From Marsupella aquatica (lineage: Eukaryota; Plantae; Marchantiophyta): 64,000 nucleotides of DNA. The stretch is from contig OZ316892.1 in assembly GCA_973895155.1 (NCBI GenBank), forward strand, positions 6,429,151 to 6,493,150. Reading direction: 5' to 3'. The notes below the pieces were generated by a model that was given only the letters and a program-made list of their open reading frames with translations, ran no database searches and had not been told where the DNA came from. The translations under genes and the position numbers were made by a program. Shown here piece after piece: positions 19,950 to 33,878 of this stretch (the stretch's first letter is position 1; every line of letters begins with the position of its first letter).

Positions 19950-22930
19950 TATCTTTTTTCCGTTGATGTCAACAACTTCTGCTTTCAATTATGCCTGCTG
20001 TTGATGTTGTCGATGGCGATAAATAGATCGTTGCATATTTTTCTTGTCTATTGATGGTTGGTTGACTGCAACATATTCTTTCCATTCATTGAATCGACCA
20101 CTAAGGAGCAACCTATCAAATTTATCATCTGACAAATTATACTCATTGATTGTGAACTATTCAATGGGAGTGGAATCTATTTGCGTGATCGTTATACTCT
20201 CTTGTGTCATTTCTTCAATGTCTTGTTGTGTCTTCATTGATGACATCTGGTCCAACAATCCTCGTTGCTGATATTCACGTTCATGAAATGGTGCGACACC
20301 AACATTTTCTGCTCTTCTTCAACCATTTAAACAAACAAGCATGATGTCATATATGTCCGCAAGTTCCCAAAATGAAAACAGATTCAGGGCTCCATGGACA
20401 TAGGCACCAAGTACACTTGTCATCTTTTTCACGAACAAATACTATCATAGTTTCATCATTCTTCCACTTATCAAAATATTTATCAATACCTTCTGCACTA
20501 GTCTCCACATCTGGAAAATGGTGTTTATCATGTAGTATCAATGATCTGCATTTAAAAAAAATCTTATGATATTCCTTTTTTTTACTCACATATATCCCAA
20601 ATCATCATTGTTGAAATTGATTATCTCCTCGTGCAAATTTGTTATGATGAGTTTTTGAGATGCAAGCTCATTTTGAAGATCTTTAATGATTTTGTTCTTC
20701 TTTTCAAGTTCTAGCATTTGATTAGATTGACCTTCTCTATTGGCAAGTTGTTGAGTCAACTTCTTGATTTTTTCCATCTTGTCAAATAATTAAACCTTAG
20801 CTTGTACATAATTACCTCAGAATTGGTCGTCGATTCCATGGGCCTCTTCTCTAGTGATCGTATCTTTTAATCAGCCTCTTGTAGTTTTGTCTTGTATCTT
20901 TCTATGCTGCCAGATTCACAAAGCTCGACAACATATTTTGTGCAAAGATTCTTCTCAAGCAAATCTCGATCGTATCACAAGGAACTACGAAATAAATGTT
21001 GGTTTCTCCTTTGGTTGTGTATTCACCTTTTGCACCTATCCAATTTTTTTTTGTACCCTTTGTTAGAGGTCATGATTGGAACATCTTTCTTTGCATTTTT
21101 GCCTCTGTTTGTTGCAATAGCATGCACTGATTTATGCACAGAATGGGTCACCTTGCCATCGTTGTTTTCCCAACGGTAATCCACCTTGAACCATTTTAGA
21201 ATGAACTCGACAATTAAACATCAAAGAAAATGAGGATAAGCAAAACCAACTTTCTTGTTTGCCTTATTTGAAACATATTCCCAAAATCTTTGTTGCCAAT
21301 GCATGACGGCATCTCGATGTGCTGATCTTGATATGGTAAATTTGTCCTAGAACCACGATTTTGTTGTCCACATTTTTGGATCGTCAAAAAGTTTTTTCAT
21401 AAATTTGTCAAACTCTACTTTGGACATCAAAATCTCCAATTTTTTGGCGTTGATCGGCCATTCATCATGAGGAGGTTTCTCATTTTCTGTTGTGATGTTC
21501 CATTCCAATTCACACTTTCATCCTCCAACTTAGTTGGATTTGGCAAGGGGTTCTTGTCGCCCGTACCAATGTCACAAGCATTAGGTTCAAACTCATCTTT
21601 CAACCCATTTGTTGGAGATAGCGAGTTTCCATGAATATGATGGTCAAAGTGATCGTAATAAGCATCTTGAGTGTCTTGCATGTATAAATGATCATATTTC
21701 TTTTTTGGAACTTTTTCATCATCATTAGAATCTAAATTCCATTTTGTCATGTTTGCAAGATCTACAAACATAAAATCATATTTAGAACAAATTCAAATAT
21801 TCATGAAATGACATGACATAACAATATGAACAAATAAGATACATATCACTTTATAATAACCATGTGATCATAATTCCAAAGTGAAGATCACAATGGAATC
21901 GGTTATGATCATGCAAATATTGTAACGTCTCAAGTAGTGTCAACGCAATTCTCAATCGGTTCTCTAGAAAGAGTTTCTTTTCAGAAACAAACTTGAAATC
22001 AATGTTGAGGAACCTTGTGATTTTCCTTTGCTATTTAACCAGAATCCACATCTATCTATGAAGCTTCCCAAATGACTTCTATTGTAGTGATCATACACAA
22101 GTCTTGGTGGATCATCAATTTTCATTGCCAAAGCCCCAACAATTTCTTTGTAATTTAGTCCTCCCATAAGCATTTCTTGTAATTTATCTGTTCTTCTCTT
22201 TTGCTTATCTCTTTTTTTGAATTGTTTTGTCACTAGTATGACATTCATCAAAATAAGTGGACAATCTAATGCGTGACAAGTGTACACCTCCTCTTGCGCG
22301 CCTTTTATCGATTGAAATAATATTTTGCACCTGCTCAGACTTCAAAAAATGGATACTCCTCATATCCAAAAGTACACATAGTGGACGTGTTTCTTTTGTA
22401 TAACTTTTGATACTCACATCCCTAAACTGCATCACCTTGTTTGACTATTTCACGTTGTTTTCTGCTTTTTCCATTGTCAACTCTTTACTCCAAGTTGATA
22501 ACAAGTCTCTCTTGTGCTTATATATCCCAAAATTTCTAAGCATTGTAGTATAACCCAAGCTCAATTTTATCACCATCAAATCCCAAATATTGAGCTCCAA
22601 ATTCACTGTCAAATTGTCAATAAATTCAACTGATTTCTCCCACTCAACTACAAATGCGTCCTTCTGCTCTTGTGTAAAATTATTTTCATCCTCTACACTT
22701 TCACGCATACAACGAATAATCTCGTTCACAAACTTCTTGTATCTTTTCAGATCGTGGCTTGTCAAATCTGTCTCTAACGTATTCTCTTCATATTGCTTTG
22801 GTTGAGTGTAATGATGTAATACTCCTTTCCAGACCGCCACTACTGCATTAAATGAAGTCTGTTTGACCTCAACATTCCCTTCTCTTTGTTTCCTCTTCCT
22901 AGTCACTTTGCCAAGATAAAGCCCGTGCAT
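19950..22930 (-). pseudogene. Fragmented AT-rich gene with coiled coil and C-terminal RING finger, probably transposon-associated
   Basis: A run of co-oriented ORF fragments (22445-22930, 22205-22435, 21964-22287, 21427-21771, 20586-20777, 20347-20589). Reading through the stop at 20347 gives CTWC...GTCGHI*HHACLFKWLKKSRKCWC, a RING-H2-like pattern. Confidence 0.5.
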
Positions 22931-23049
22931 TGAAGGGTTGGCGCACTTGGAACCGAAGGGTAATTCAATATTTATTTATGGTCCCTTGGGTGACTTTGGG
23001 GTTGGTCATGTTAGAAAAATAAAGTTTGTTTTCTTAATGAAATATCTCA

Positions 23050-24630
23050 ACGTAGTTTTTTTTAAATTTCGGTAGGTTAATTCTTAAGTGGTGGAGAAAC
23101 TTTTGGGGGGTTTAAAACCCCATTTGAAAAGAAAGCGAGCACTTGGGGGAAACCCGTAAAGATCAACCCCGAGAGGCTGCCACATAGAATCCCAAGAACT
23201 TGGACCATGGAGCTATGGTGATATGTATTTTTCATGTTCATAGTGAAACTCTTGGTGCGGTCGTGGACATACCTCTGACGTATCTTTGTGTAGGTGTACT
23301 TGAGTGTTGCATGATTGATGATTATGAGACGTCATGTTGTTCAGTTTGATCCTACAATTGATACCAAAACTTTGGTCGGGATCAGTTGATATTTCAACAG
23401 TTTATTGTGATCGATTGATGGTTTTTACAGACACGATGGAAGTGTGAACATTGACATACGAAGTGGTGATTGAATAAGGAGATCTATGAAATGGAAACTT
23501 GCACATTTAGTCAAGAGATTGTTCACATATGACTGAACAATTTTAATTTTCATATTAGACAGTTTTTTAGGTCCCGATTTGATTATCGAGGGAAAAGTGA
23601 CTTTCAAATTGTGATTTTGGATTTTTTTAAGACGTTATTGATCATTGAAGAAAAGTTGGTGCGAGTGGTTTTGCGATGAAATACGGTGGTGAAGAAATCA
23701 ATGTGTTTTAGTGAGTTATTGCGAAAAATTCTTGGATTGAATTGAGCTCGAAAGTCCTGGCTATGGTGGTTAGGTTAAAATCAATAATTTTGTCTAAATT
23801 TTATCTCCCTCAATTCTTCATCGTTTATAGAGTTTAATATATTGATTTGAAGCGCCTTGAAGTCTAGTTTTAGAATCTGAAATTGGTTTTATTTTTTGTC
23901 AAAACCCCAAAGAGATATCTTAGATATCTCATTGGGGGGTAAATTTGTCGTGAGTATTTACTCGTGCGGGATGATGCATTGATATGAAAAAAGGATCAAG
24001 GGGAATGCCAGGGGTTTGAGGGGGCCTATGGGGCATGTGGCAGCCTCTGGGCAGCTCTTAAAATTTCCCGGAAGGCCTGTACAAGGGTTGCCAGAATTTA
24101 AGGAAAATATATTTTTCCAATAAGCTTATTTTTGTGGCGGAATTTGATTTTTGACAAATTATCCGATGTTATATCAACACAATCTTTTGCAAGGACATAC
24201 TTGAGGAAGTTGAGTAGAGGCCTGTGCAAACAATTTGTCAAATTGACTTTGCTTGCGGATTTGAGTTAATTGATTATCCTTGAGGGTTTAATTTTTACGT
24301 TTTAACCCCCTTATTTGGCAATAAGAATATCTTAACTGATATATGTTTTTGACAAATGGATTTTGGGATAAAATCCGATACCTTCTAGCGTATCTAGGAA
24401 TGCTCTTGGATTTCAATTTCAGCAACTTTTATTTTTGATCATTTTGTGATTGATGTTGTTGTGCTATCGTGTGCTGCTATACAAATTTGGGTGAAATTAA
24501 GAAGCTGCAAAGTGGATTTTGGCACTATAAGGTCCTAGGGGTGTACAATGGCTCCATCAAAAGTTACTAGTACAAAATATGAGGTGAAAAAGTTTACCAA
24601 CCACAACAATTTTATGTTATGACAAGTTTA
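23050..24630 (+). mobile_element. Degenerate Copia 5' leader and gag N-terminus remnant
   Basis: From 24548: MAPSKVTSTKYEVKKFTNHNNFML*Q, matching the Copia Gag start KxEVEKFxGxNxFxLW. The upstream DNA has motifs such as ccatggagctatgg that resemble the leaders of the other two Copia elements. Confidence 0.5.
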
Positions 24631-25639
24631 AATTTCAGTGAAGGAGGGTAAGGGTTCAATCTGGGGTATGCTCTCAGCCCACCTGAAGAGAAGACCAAAA
24701 TCTACTAGCTGACTAGGTAGATATCTTTGCATAGAGTCATATTGATATCACTGAAGTTAAACCACGCATCGGGTGTTAAAAGCGTCCGCATAACGCGGAG
24801 GCTTCATAAATCATCGTATCTTATTGACATACCGTCGCGTATCGGTTCTGCGTCTCCCCACCACTGTTGGATACACACTCGTAGCTGCACCTATAGTGGT
24901 CCGTTGGATCCAATGTAGAGCTCAATTTGTAGATCTCGTCAAGATCTACGGCTTTGAAAAACCGGCATCCAAAAATGATCAATATTAAGGGAAAAAAAAG
25001 TAAAACAATCCATTATAATCTCATTGATTAGGAGGCTTTTTGAATTTTGAATACAGCCCGAACAGCTGTTGCGGGCAGTTGTAACCTGCACTTACAAGGT
25101 GAAGATATGTGAAGTACGTATGATATTTCTTAGCACTCATTATACAACATGACTTTAGGAATCGAGGACAACTACGAGGGTTATCCTTATGGTTGGGTCC
25201 TTCGAGAAGGTGCAAGAGGCATCGAGTTCAATTCTCGCTGCATTCAAATTTTGAAAACTCAGAAGTTGCCTAGCAACTTGGTAAAATCATCAAAATTAGG
25301 TTCACTCTTGGAGCAGTCAAATCAACAATCTTACGGTTGTCACAAATAGACAAAACCTCCATACTTTGGCAGGAGAGTATATAAATTGGATGGCCTGGCC
25401 AGCGAGTTAGTAGTCTTCGCCTTCAAGGTCCGAGAATTGTTTTATTTCCCCCTCACTCATGTTAGATTTGGTACTTGTTTAGATGGCCCATTTTTTGTCA
25501 TATTATCTGGAGGGTGGCTTGGCGTTGTGTCTTTGTCCTACCTTCTTCTAGTACTCTCTTTTGTTATTTTATAATTTTACAGAGGTAATACATTTATTTT
25601 TTGATAGTATTTTGTTTGACACTTTGTCTGAGATGGAGC

Positions 25640-26790
25640 CTCCAAATCTTTCTAGTATGTAGACGGCATAAATATCCTCCCCGTAATGGTGGTCCTCCGA
25701 GACCAAAGTACCCAAGTGATGACATGGAGTACAGGAGGAGGATGAGACTAGATGCCAAGCCACCGATCCCACCGGAGCGATGGGATGAGTGAGAGGAGCT
25801 TAGATATTTATTGGAGGATGACACGAATACCACTCACGCTACTGTCATTCATTGGTTGCTTGACAAGTGCAATTATCTAAGAGATGAGTTGAAGAGACAA
25901 CGAGTGGCAGAGACAACAATTTTTGCGAGTGAAGCATTCCCAGATGAGGCCGAGAGGGAAATGACGCCTACTGCACCTGACACAGATCTATTTGACCTCA
26001 ATTCTTTCTCAGCCAACGAGTCTTTCCATGTAGGAGGTTCAATGTACTTTGTTTTTCTTTTCCATTGTACAACTTATTGCTTTTCTCTAATGTCTCCACT
26101 TCATTCTCAGTACAAAGTACCGACTTTTCCAAGTCAAACTATTGCTTTGGACCTCTAGGAGTTTTGGGATGAACAAAACCCCTCATGCTGTAAATCTTGA
26201 CCGTCAACTTTTGCATCCAATCTATAGGGATGGAGCACATTGAGGGAGTTGTTGGGGCTTATAATGAATGGCCTGAGGACATTATCCACGGGACTTTTGG
26301 TGAGAATGACATCACCTTTGGAGACAATAATCCAAATGTGGTGGCTGCTCTAGGGAGACCAGTATGCAATATTATTTAGTTACCTTACAACTTTTATCTT
26401 GTTAATTTTATTTCAGGATAAGTTTTGTTTGATACTTTGTGATGTGTTATACATTGGACATATAGCAAACTCAGAAGACTGGCATGGAGGATTTGGAGTC
26501 TCTTCCCTCGGCGGTAATGGATTCTCAAGTGAATCCTACTCGTATGATGGATCCTCAATTTTCTCATGTTGGGGTCATAAATTCCCAAATCCCTCCTTCT
26601 GCAGTGATGGACTCTCAGATTCCTCTTATTCAGGTGGAAGAATGTCAGGCTCATGTGGGGGTTCCAAATACAAGATTTTGACCTTACAAGCCTGCCACAG
26701 TTGTTAAGGCATTTGCTGCACACCTTTGTGGAGCAATTGATGTCACATATTCGACTGTCTTTTGACCCCTACAGTACACCATGTTAGAGC
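25640..26790 (+). mobile_element. Second, degenerate 5' portion of the Mutator-like transposase gene
   Basis: PPRNGGPPRPKYPSDDMEYRR...WDE*EELRYLLEDDTNTTHATVIHWL aligns with ORF 1868-2278 (PPQGGGPPRKKYPSDHIHYKR...WNDWEELRVLLGDEHTTHSTVIEWL). Near 26715, LLHTFVEQL...TPTV aligns with LVHTFVQRL...LTPTV of ORF 752-1360. Confidence 0.7.
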
Positions 26791-27210
26791 AATTATTGTC
26801 AGTGACCTCTTACATTCCACTTGTGAGGATGTATACTACATGACATACTTGTATGTGAAAGTACAAGTAAGAAATATATATTGTATATAAGACATTGAAG
26901 GACCCAATTATTTTCAGGTGAAACTTCTCCAATAGGGGTATGTACCCACTTGTTCACATCTACATGAAATAAGAAGTAGAAAAGTATTTACCAACATACG
27001 AGCCAACATATTTACCGAACATGAACCCAATTATTTTGAAGTGAATGTTCTCCAAGAGGGTTAAGACCTCTACATGAAATACAAGTAATCCAAGAGGGAT
27101 ATACATGTGTCAAGCTCCGAATAAAGTAATATAGTAACACTCTGGTTGTACCCTTCACCTGGTGATGTTCGTCCCAATGTTTTTTGTCTGGCTATGACAA
27201 GGAAGACACA

Positions 27211-27693
27211 AAGCCTGGTTCAAATCTTGGCTTGGCTGGGTGGGAGAACCCTGGGCCCTCAGTCTTAACTAATATGTGGAGGACGTGCGAACGCTCGAAG
27301 GGTAGTTTTAATTCATTTTGAACTAATAATTATAATTATTACTGATAATAAGGGAACTTTTAATGGTAAAATAGAAATAACAAAGGGTAAACACAAAAAA
27401 ATCCCAATCGCATGGGGGTCCACTTCTTTTACATGGAGAGAGGGCCCAGGGTGGGAGAATCATCAGAAGGGACGAGAACAACTTGTTGTCAAGAAATGAC
27501 AACAAGCGAGTGACGATAGAGGCAAAAGCACTTCAAACACAGAGCAAATGGAGTGTCACAAAGAGATGAAGCCTGGTTCAAATCTTGGCTTAGCTGGGTG
27601 GAGAAATCATCGGAAGGGACAAGAACCACTTTTTGTCAAAAAATGACAACAAGCGAGTGACGATAGAGGCAAAAGCACATAGCAAATGGAGTG
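27211..27693. repeat. Interleaved direct repeats
   Basis: aagcctggttcaaatcttggcttRgctgggtgg at about 27211 and 27569. gggtgg.agaatcatc...aaatgacaacaagcgagtgacgatagaggcaaaagcac...agcaaatggagtgt at about 27449 and 27596. Confidence 0.8.
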
Positions 27694-27857
27694 TGAGCTG
27701 AATCTCCTGTAATACTTCCTTCCTCTACATCCAGATAGAACGTCCGCATTAATTTGAATCCATTAAAACAGTCTAGTACCGGTCGAAGCCACATCGACCT
27801 GATTTTTGGAGACCACACCTACGGACTCATCAAATCAAAATCATCCCTCGACATTGT

Positions 27858-30501
27858 CGATGAATGTATTGGTTGGAACGGTACATGGCAGTTTTAAAAG
27901 GATATGTACATAACCGTGCAAGAGTTGAGGGAAGCATGACTACAGGATATTTTGCAGCAGAAAGTATGTTTTATTGCAACAACATATTAGCCACAATAGA
28001 TTGTACCTCTCCCCATACTTGGAAGGACGAGAGGGATGATGAGGTGGATCGTTTGACAGGGGCCACCAAAACCCGCATGTTGATACCCATGGAGTTGAAG
28101 CAACTGAGTACATTCATGTTGAGTGACAGCACTATCACGGAAGAATGAAAGAACTTCTATGAAGAGGCCAAAAGTAACAGTCGAAGGCCAAGGACCTTTC
28201 CCAAGTGTCAGGACTATATGAAGGCAAAGCTAGTTGAGGTGGATGACATGGTGGCCAAGGGAGAGAGTATATTACATTTTCCAACCATCACAGATGATGT
28301 CCGTACCATTATGCATGGTCCCTTGAGAATTGTAACATCAAGGACAGCAATGTGGACACAAGGGAGGCATTTCAGGTGATTGATCCTACATACCTTACTA
28401 ACCATCCTCTCTTAATATTTTTGTCAAACATTAGATATTAGTTATGTATACTGGAAATATATTTGTGGTGTATTATGTTAAAATTGTAATATGTTTGCAT
28501 CTATTTTTTTGTAACATGTCCATATGATTTCACTGAATTTAGGATTTCTTCCCTTGATGAGAAGAGGGGTCGTACATTTGATTGTGGAGTTCAAGGACAA
28601 TTCTCTCAAGATTCTCGCAGCAGTCGTCACGATAGAAATATTATTCAAGATGTTGTGCCACATTATGGAAAAATAGAGGAGATCCTAGTGGTATCATATG
28701 ATGCACAGTCAAAGTTTGAAGAGTATATCTTCAAGTGCAAGTGGTTCAAAGTAAACCTTGCATATAACAATCCCACTGTGGTTCAAGATGAGTGTGGATT
28801 TACACGACTCAAGACGTCTGCCACTAGTTTCCAGCCATCGCACTGGCAAACATCAAAGCCATTTACATTTCCAAGCCATGTGGAGCAATGTTTCTATATT
28901 CCATACCCCACAAACCTAGAGGAGTGGTCACTTGTCATCACGTATGTGCCACGATCTTGTTCTATTATCGGGAAAATGCCTAATGTTATGGTTGTGTCCC
29001 CCCTGATGAGGGATATGTATATTATGCGGATATATAGTGATGCCAATTCCTATCATTGGATTCATATTTATGATGATTTCTCTGTCTTCTTTGTTGGAGA
29101 TATATTCATGTGCATTTGTGAATTGATCATGTCATTTTGAAATGTCATTGATATACTCTAAACCCTAAACTCCATGCCTCCACACCTTTTGCTAGACTTT
29201 GTGTTATGATAACTCATGCTACCTGTACTCTTTCTCCTTCCTCCTTTCCTTGACATACCTCCTTTCTCCCTAAATCTCTCTTTCCTTTTCCCTCTCTTAA
29301 CCTAAACCCTGCTCCTTAGTTTCTCCCTCATATATATATAATTATATACATTCTCCCTCCTTCCCTCCGGCTCCTTTCCTTGTCCAAAACCCTTTCTCCC
29401 TCTTACCTAAACTGAACTTGTCCCGGCCTCCCTCCTTTCCTTGTCCCACCCCCTTAATCCCTCTTAAGTACCTATACCGGCCCTCCCTAACTTGTCCCTC
29501 CAACCTGCCCCATCCTTTCCTTGTCCCACCTCTCATCCTTGTACCCTAAATTCATGGCCCACCCTCCTCCTTCCCCTTCCCTCGCTTCCTTGTCCCATCC
29601 TGGACCCTTACTTTCTTCCTCTTACCTATATTAATTGGCTAACCCTCTTCCTTACTCCATCTTTTCCTTTTCCCTCCCTCCATTCCTTGTCCCACCCTGG
29701 CTTCTTAATTTCTCCCTCTTACCTTGCCTATACCTTTTTTCCTCCCTCAATTCCTTGCATCCCACGCCCTTTCTCCCTCTTACCTATATATCGGCCTTCC
29801 CTAAATTGGTCCACCCTCCTCCTTCCTCCCTCCTTTCCTTGTCCCAACCGCCCCCTTTCTCCCTCTTTCTCCCTCCTACCCTTGTCCCTCCATCGTCCCT
29901 CACTTGGCCCATCCCCTTTTTTCTCCTAAATTACCTTCAATGTCACTTATTAATTTCGTGAACCATTTTGCGAACAGGATTCCTTCGCAATACCTTCGCT
30001 AAACGTTTTCGATAAAATAATATTCGCAACTTATCCATTCCCACATCCTCGCAATCTTGCAAATTAACCTGCATCGTAAATTTGCAAACTGTATTTCATC
30101 GCAAGCATTGTTGCCTAAGTCGGCATGATATTGCGATATTAGTCTGTTCGCATAGTTGCCATACATTCATGTTCTCAAACTTGCGATAGAATGAGTCTCA
30201 AAAGTCCAAGTGAGGGCCGATGACTCGCAAAAATGTTGAGGGTATTAGGATCGCAGAGTAGTTGCGATGATAACCAATTCGCAAACGCGTCCGAATGGAG
30301 ATGATATTGCAACATGTTTGCGATTAAGTAAGCACCGCAAGCATTTGAGATGGATTCCGCATCACAAATTGGGGTTGCGGTCCTATTATTATCGCTAATT
30401 GAGATGAGTTATCAATTGCAAAGCGAGCAATGGACAGTGTCTCGCAGGGCGTTTCAGCGCGACTAAATCGCCTTTGCAAAAAGGCCGAATATGTAGTAGT
30501 G
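27858..30501 (+). mobile_element. CACTA (En/Spm) transposon, 3' part: TNP2-like transposase remnant, subterminal repeats and terminal TAGTG
   Basis: R*MYWLERYMAVLKGYVHNRARVEGSM (DUF4218-like) and YGKIEEI...FKCKWF...DECGFT...PFTFPSHVEQCFY (DUF4216-like). Many TCGCAA/TTGCGA repeats at about 29960-30480. Ends GGCCGAATATGTAGTAGTG at 30501, the reverse complement of CACTACTAC..., exactly where the Copia-2 integrase is cut. Confidence 0.88.
29200..29940. repeat. Pyrimidine-rich low-complexity tract with recurrent cctccctcctttccttgtccc motifs
   Basis: Strong C/T skew on the plus strand and repeated tttccttgtccc and ttacctata. Confidence 0.7.
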
Positions 30502-31445
30502 TCAACGATACCATTCTGTTGCGGAGTATAAACTGTGGTGAGATGGCGAGTTATCCCCTGTTCTGCACAGTACTCTTCAAATTCTATTGAAGTGTACTCC
30601 CCGTCGTTGTCTGACCTCAGACTCTTCACCCTTGTATCCAAACACTTGACCGTGTTTCCAGTCTGATTCTCCACCTGGGCCTTCCACTTCTTAAAAATGG
30701 ACAAGACATCAGACTTATGTGTCATGAAATAAATCCACACAAATCTTGAGTAATCGTCAATAAATGATACATAGTACAACTTTCCAGAGTGTGAGGGAGT
30801 CGGGGATGGACCCCACACGTCACTATGTATGTACTCAAGAACCGCTTTGGAACGATGAGTTCCAACACCAAAAGCACGACGATGTTGCTTTCCAAGAATG
30901 CAATGCTCACAGAACTCTAATTTACAAGATTGCAAATAAGAAATGAGTCCATTCTTCCGTAAGATAGCCAAACCCTTCTCACTCATGTGGTCTAGCCGTG
31001 AATGTCACAGTTGAGTCATCTCCTCGTGAGACTTGGTTATATTGGCCTCTCCACATACAGTATTGCCCTGTAACACATACAAATTCTTTTGTCTACTCCC
31101 CTTCAAAATCACTGTCTCTCTCGACCTGACTTGAAGTTCACCATCAATAACGCTCCATTGATGACCATTTGAATCCAACACACCGAGTGAAATCAGATTC
31201 TTACGCATGCGAGCATACCTGACTCCGGACACTATGCGCACAGTGCCATAAAAAATTTGAATCTTCACAGACCCAATTCCCTCAATTTGACAGGAGTGAT
31301 CATTTCCCATCAGAACTGAACCATTTGAAACAGAGTAAGAGCTGAAAACCTCACGAATGTAACAAATATGAAAAGAGCAAGCACAATCAAGAATCCACAC
31401 ATCATCTGCTCTCCTAGATGACGTGCACAGAGCACACCCCCGACT
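30502..31445 (-). pseudogene. pol: Copia-2 protease and integrase (partial)
   Basis: WILDCACSFH, RKNLISLG, CEHC, IHSDVWGP, LRSDNDGEY. TGA at 31005 replaces the Trp of LWH. Confidence 0.9.
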
Positions 31446-32488
31446 TCATAAAACATACTCACCATTGAGTAAATCAGCTTCTCCATCAGCCCTAGCCACA
31501 TTTACCGATGAAGTTTTCGCTGCCTTTCCCTTACAGTCTCGCTTGAAGTGTCCAACTTGGTTGCACTTCCAACATGTCACCTGCCTCCTTTGAGGGGATT
31601 TACCCCTGAACTTAGATCTGGATTTAGATCTAAACTGGGTTCTACGGTCCCCAGTTGGTCGCTGCATGTACTCCTCCCATGGTTAACATTGAGGGCAGCA
31701 CCAGATGATGAAGGCTGTGACGTGATGTGCATCTTCTACTAAAGATCATCACTAAGCAGAGAACTTACCACGTCATTGTATGAAATGGTATCCCTATCAC
31801 GATGCAACAACACTCGTGATAGGGACTGGTAAGATGGAGGCAATGAACTAAGAAGTTGCAGAGCCTTCGTCTCATCATTCAAAGTCTCCCCAAGGTTTTC
31901 CAAGTCAACAACCATGTCGTTGAAAGCATCCACATGGTCTTGCAACTTCGTACCGGATTTCTTCATCCTGAAACTCATAAGTTTGTAGGAAGTGTAGAGC
32001 CGGTTCGACAACTCCTTGCGGTGATACTTGCTCTGCAATTTCGCAAACAAGGACATGCAATCCTTATGTGCACCAAACTGCTTGATGATGGGAGGTATGA
32101 GATAGAGTGTAACACACCACACTCCCTGCTCCTGCATGCGGTCCCATTGTTTCTCATCAACATCGTCTTCACGAGTGCTCAGCAGTTGGCCCATCCCTGA
32201 CGCATAGAGCACTCCTTTCACCTGCTTCTCCCATAGCAAGTAGTCAGAGCGCCCATCATACTTTGTCACTTCATACTTGGGTCCCCCAAGCTTGAAAGTC
32301 CCCATCTTCTTCTTTGGCACTACCGTGAGCTCCGGTAGTAGTACTGCTTCCTCCACCACACGCCGCACCGGTGATGGTATCGGTATCACATGCTCTTCCT
32401 CCTGCTCCTCTCTCTGCCCCTCAAACCGCCGCGGTGATCCTCGTGCTTCAAGTTCCACGTCTTCGAAAAACTCCTCCGAATCACTCAT
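31446..32488 (-). pseudogene. gag: Copia-2 Gag
   Basis: KYEVTKYDGRSDYLLWEKQVK, LLSSLPPSY, CWKCNQVGHFKRDC. Tandem TAG TAG at 31736-31741 and a frameshift near 31670. Confidence 0.88.
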
Positions 32489-33878
32489 ATGAGAAAATCA
32501 CAAAAAATGTCGTTTTTTACAACTTCTCAAAAAACTCAAAACTCAACACCGCCGCGTAGCCCACAAAGCTAGGAGTCCAATACTGAAAACCGAAATCAAA
32601 ATCAAAATTTGACGAAAAAATTATTCAAATTTTGGTCGAGGTGGGTAAAACCTTGGGAAACTCCCCCGTTTTGACCACCTCAAGGAATAACCAAAATACC
32701 AAGTACAATCCATCGTCGGAATTGCGATGTGATCGGTGCGCCGCGTTGCCAACTTCAATGGCTACGACCTCCCCAAAAAAAGAACCAAAAAAGTTACCGT
32801 TTGGCGGACGAAATCTTTGTCGGACGGTCAAAAAATAGTTCTCTGGTTTTTTGGAATATTCTACGACCCTTGTACAGGCCCTGTGGGAATTTTGGAAGAA
32901 CAATCGAGGGGCTGACACGTGTCCTTGAACCCCCAAAACCCCCTACCACCCTTCGTCGTCGAAATCTGGTCGCGCGCAGAAAATACACACGGCATAATGT
33001 ACCCCTCAACACCAAACGCAAGATATATCACTCGGGTTTTGACAAAATCAAGATCTGATTTCAGATTTGGAAACTAGACTCCGAGGCGGTGAAGATCGAT
33101 ATAAGAAGCACCCAAAGCGAGGAAAGAACAAGGAAGAAAAAAGATGATAGATTTCTCTCAATTGCCATAGTCAATTTTGAATCAGTTTTTCAAAGAGAAA
33201 AAATGGTACCTTGTCAACAACGAATGTTGATGAATTGCACTTGGTGCCGTCACCAAGTCCAACAAGGTAATTGATTTTGCTTAGCCTTCCTCTTCGCATC
33301 AAAGAGCCAATCCCGGACTCAAAATAATCGTCTTGCGTCAATCTTTCCTTTGAGTCAAAACACTTGATGCTTCTCCCTCCGAGTCGATTGCCACGACAAG
33401 AAACCCCAATCAGGCAAAAGAGGACTCCATAGCCGGTCAGAAAATCAGAATGCTTCTTTTGTTCGTCCCGTCGCACACGGTACTCACTTGGTAACAAATC
33501 AGCTACCAAAACAAACAGCTCATCCCGATCTACAAGCATAGCTACAGCATGCGATGCCTCCTTCGCCGTAGAGCTCACACCGTCGGGAAAACAAACTCTG
33601 GTCCCTCCTCTGAAAAACCGTCGAACACGAATGTTGCCAACTTTCTTCACAAAATCCAGAACGACAAAAACTTAGATCTCTCTGCACCACGAGCTCCGTT
33701 CAGCAATTTCTTCACACCGTTAGAAAGCGCTTGCCCCCGATCTATCCGTTGAGCCCATAAACTCCAAGTTCCATGCGATGGAACTCCGGAAAATCCACCG
33801 ACACTCAACACTGAAAAAAACCATCACGAAATCCTGTCACGAACACACGTCACCTCCCAGGCATGCTCTGATACCAAT

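Noticed and set aside
29342-29961. Pro/Leu/Ser-rich and Gly/Arg-rich ORFs
   Set aside because: These are artefacts of a pyrimidine-rich low-complexity tract.
30324-30501. C-terminal part of ORF 30324-30986 as a novel integrase extension
   Set aside because: It is read-through from the truncated integrase into the CACTA terminal repeats.
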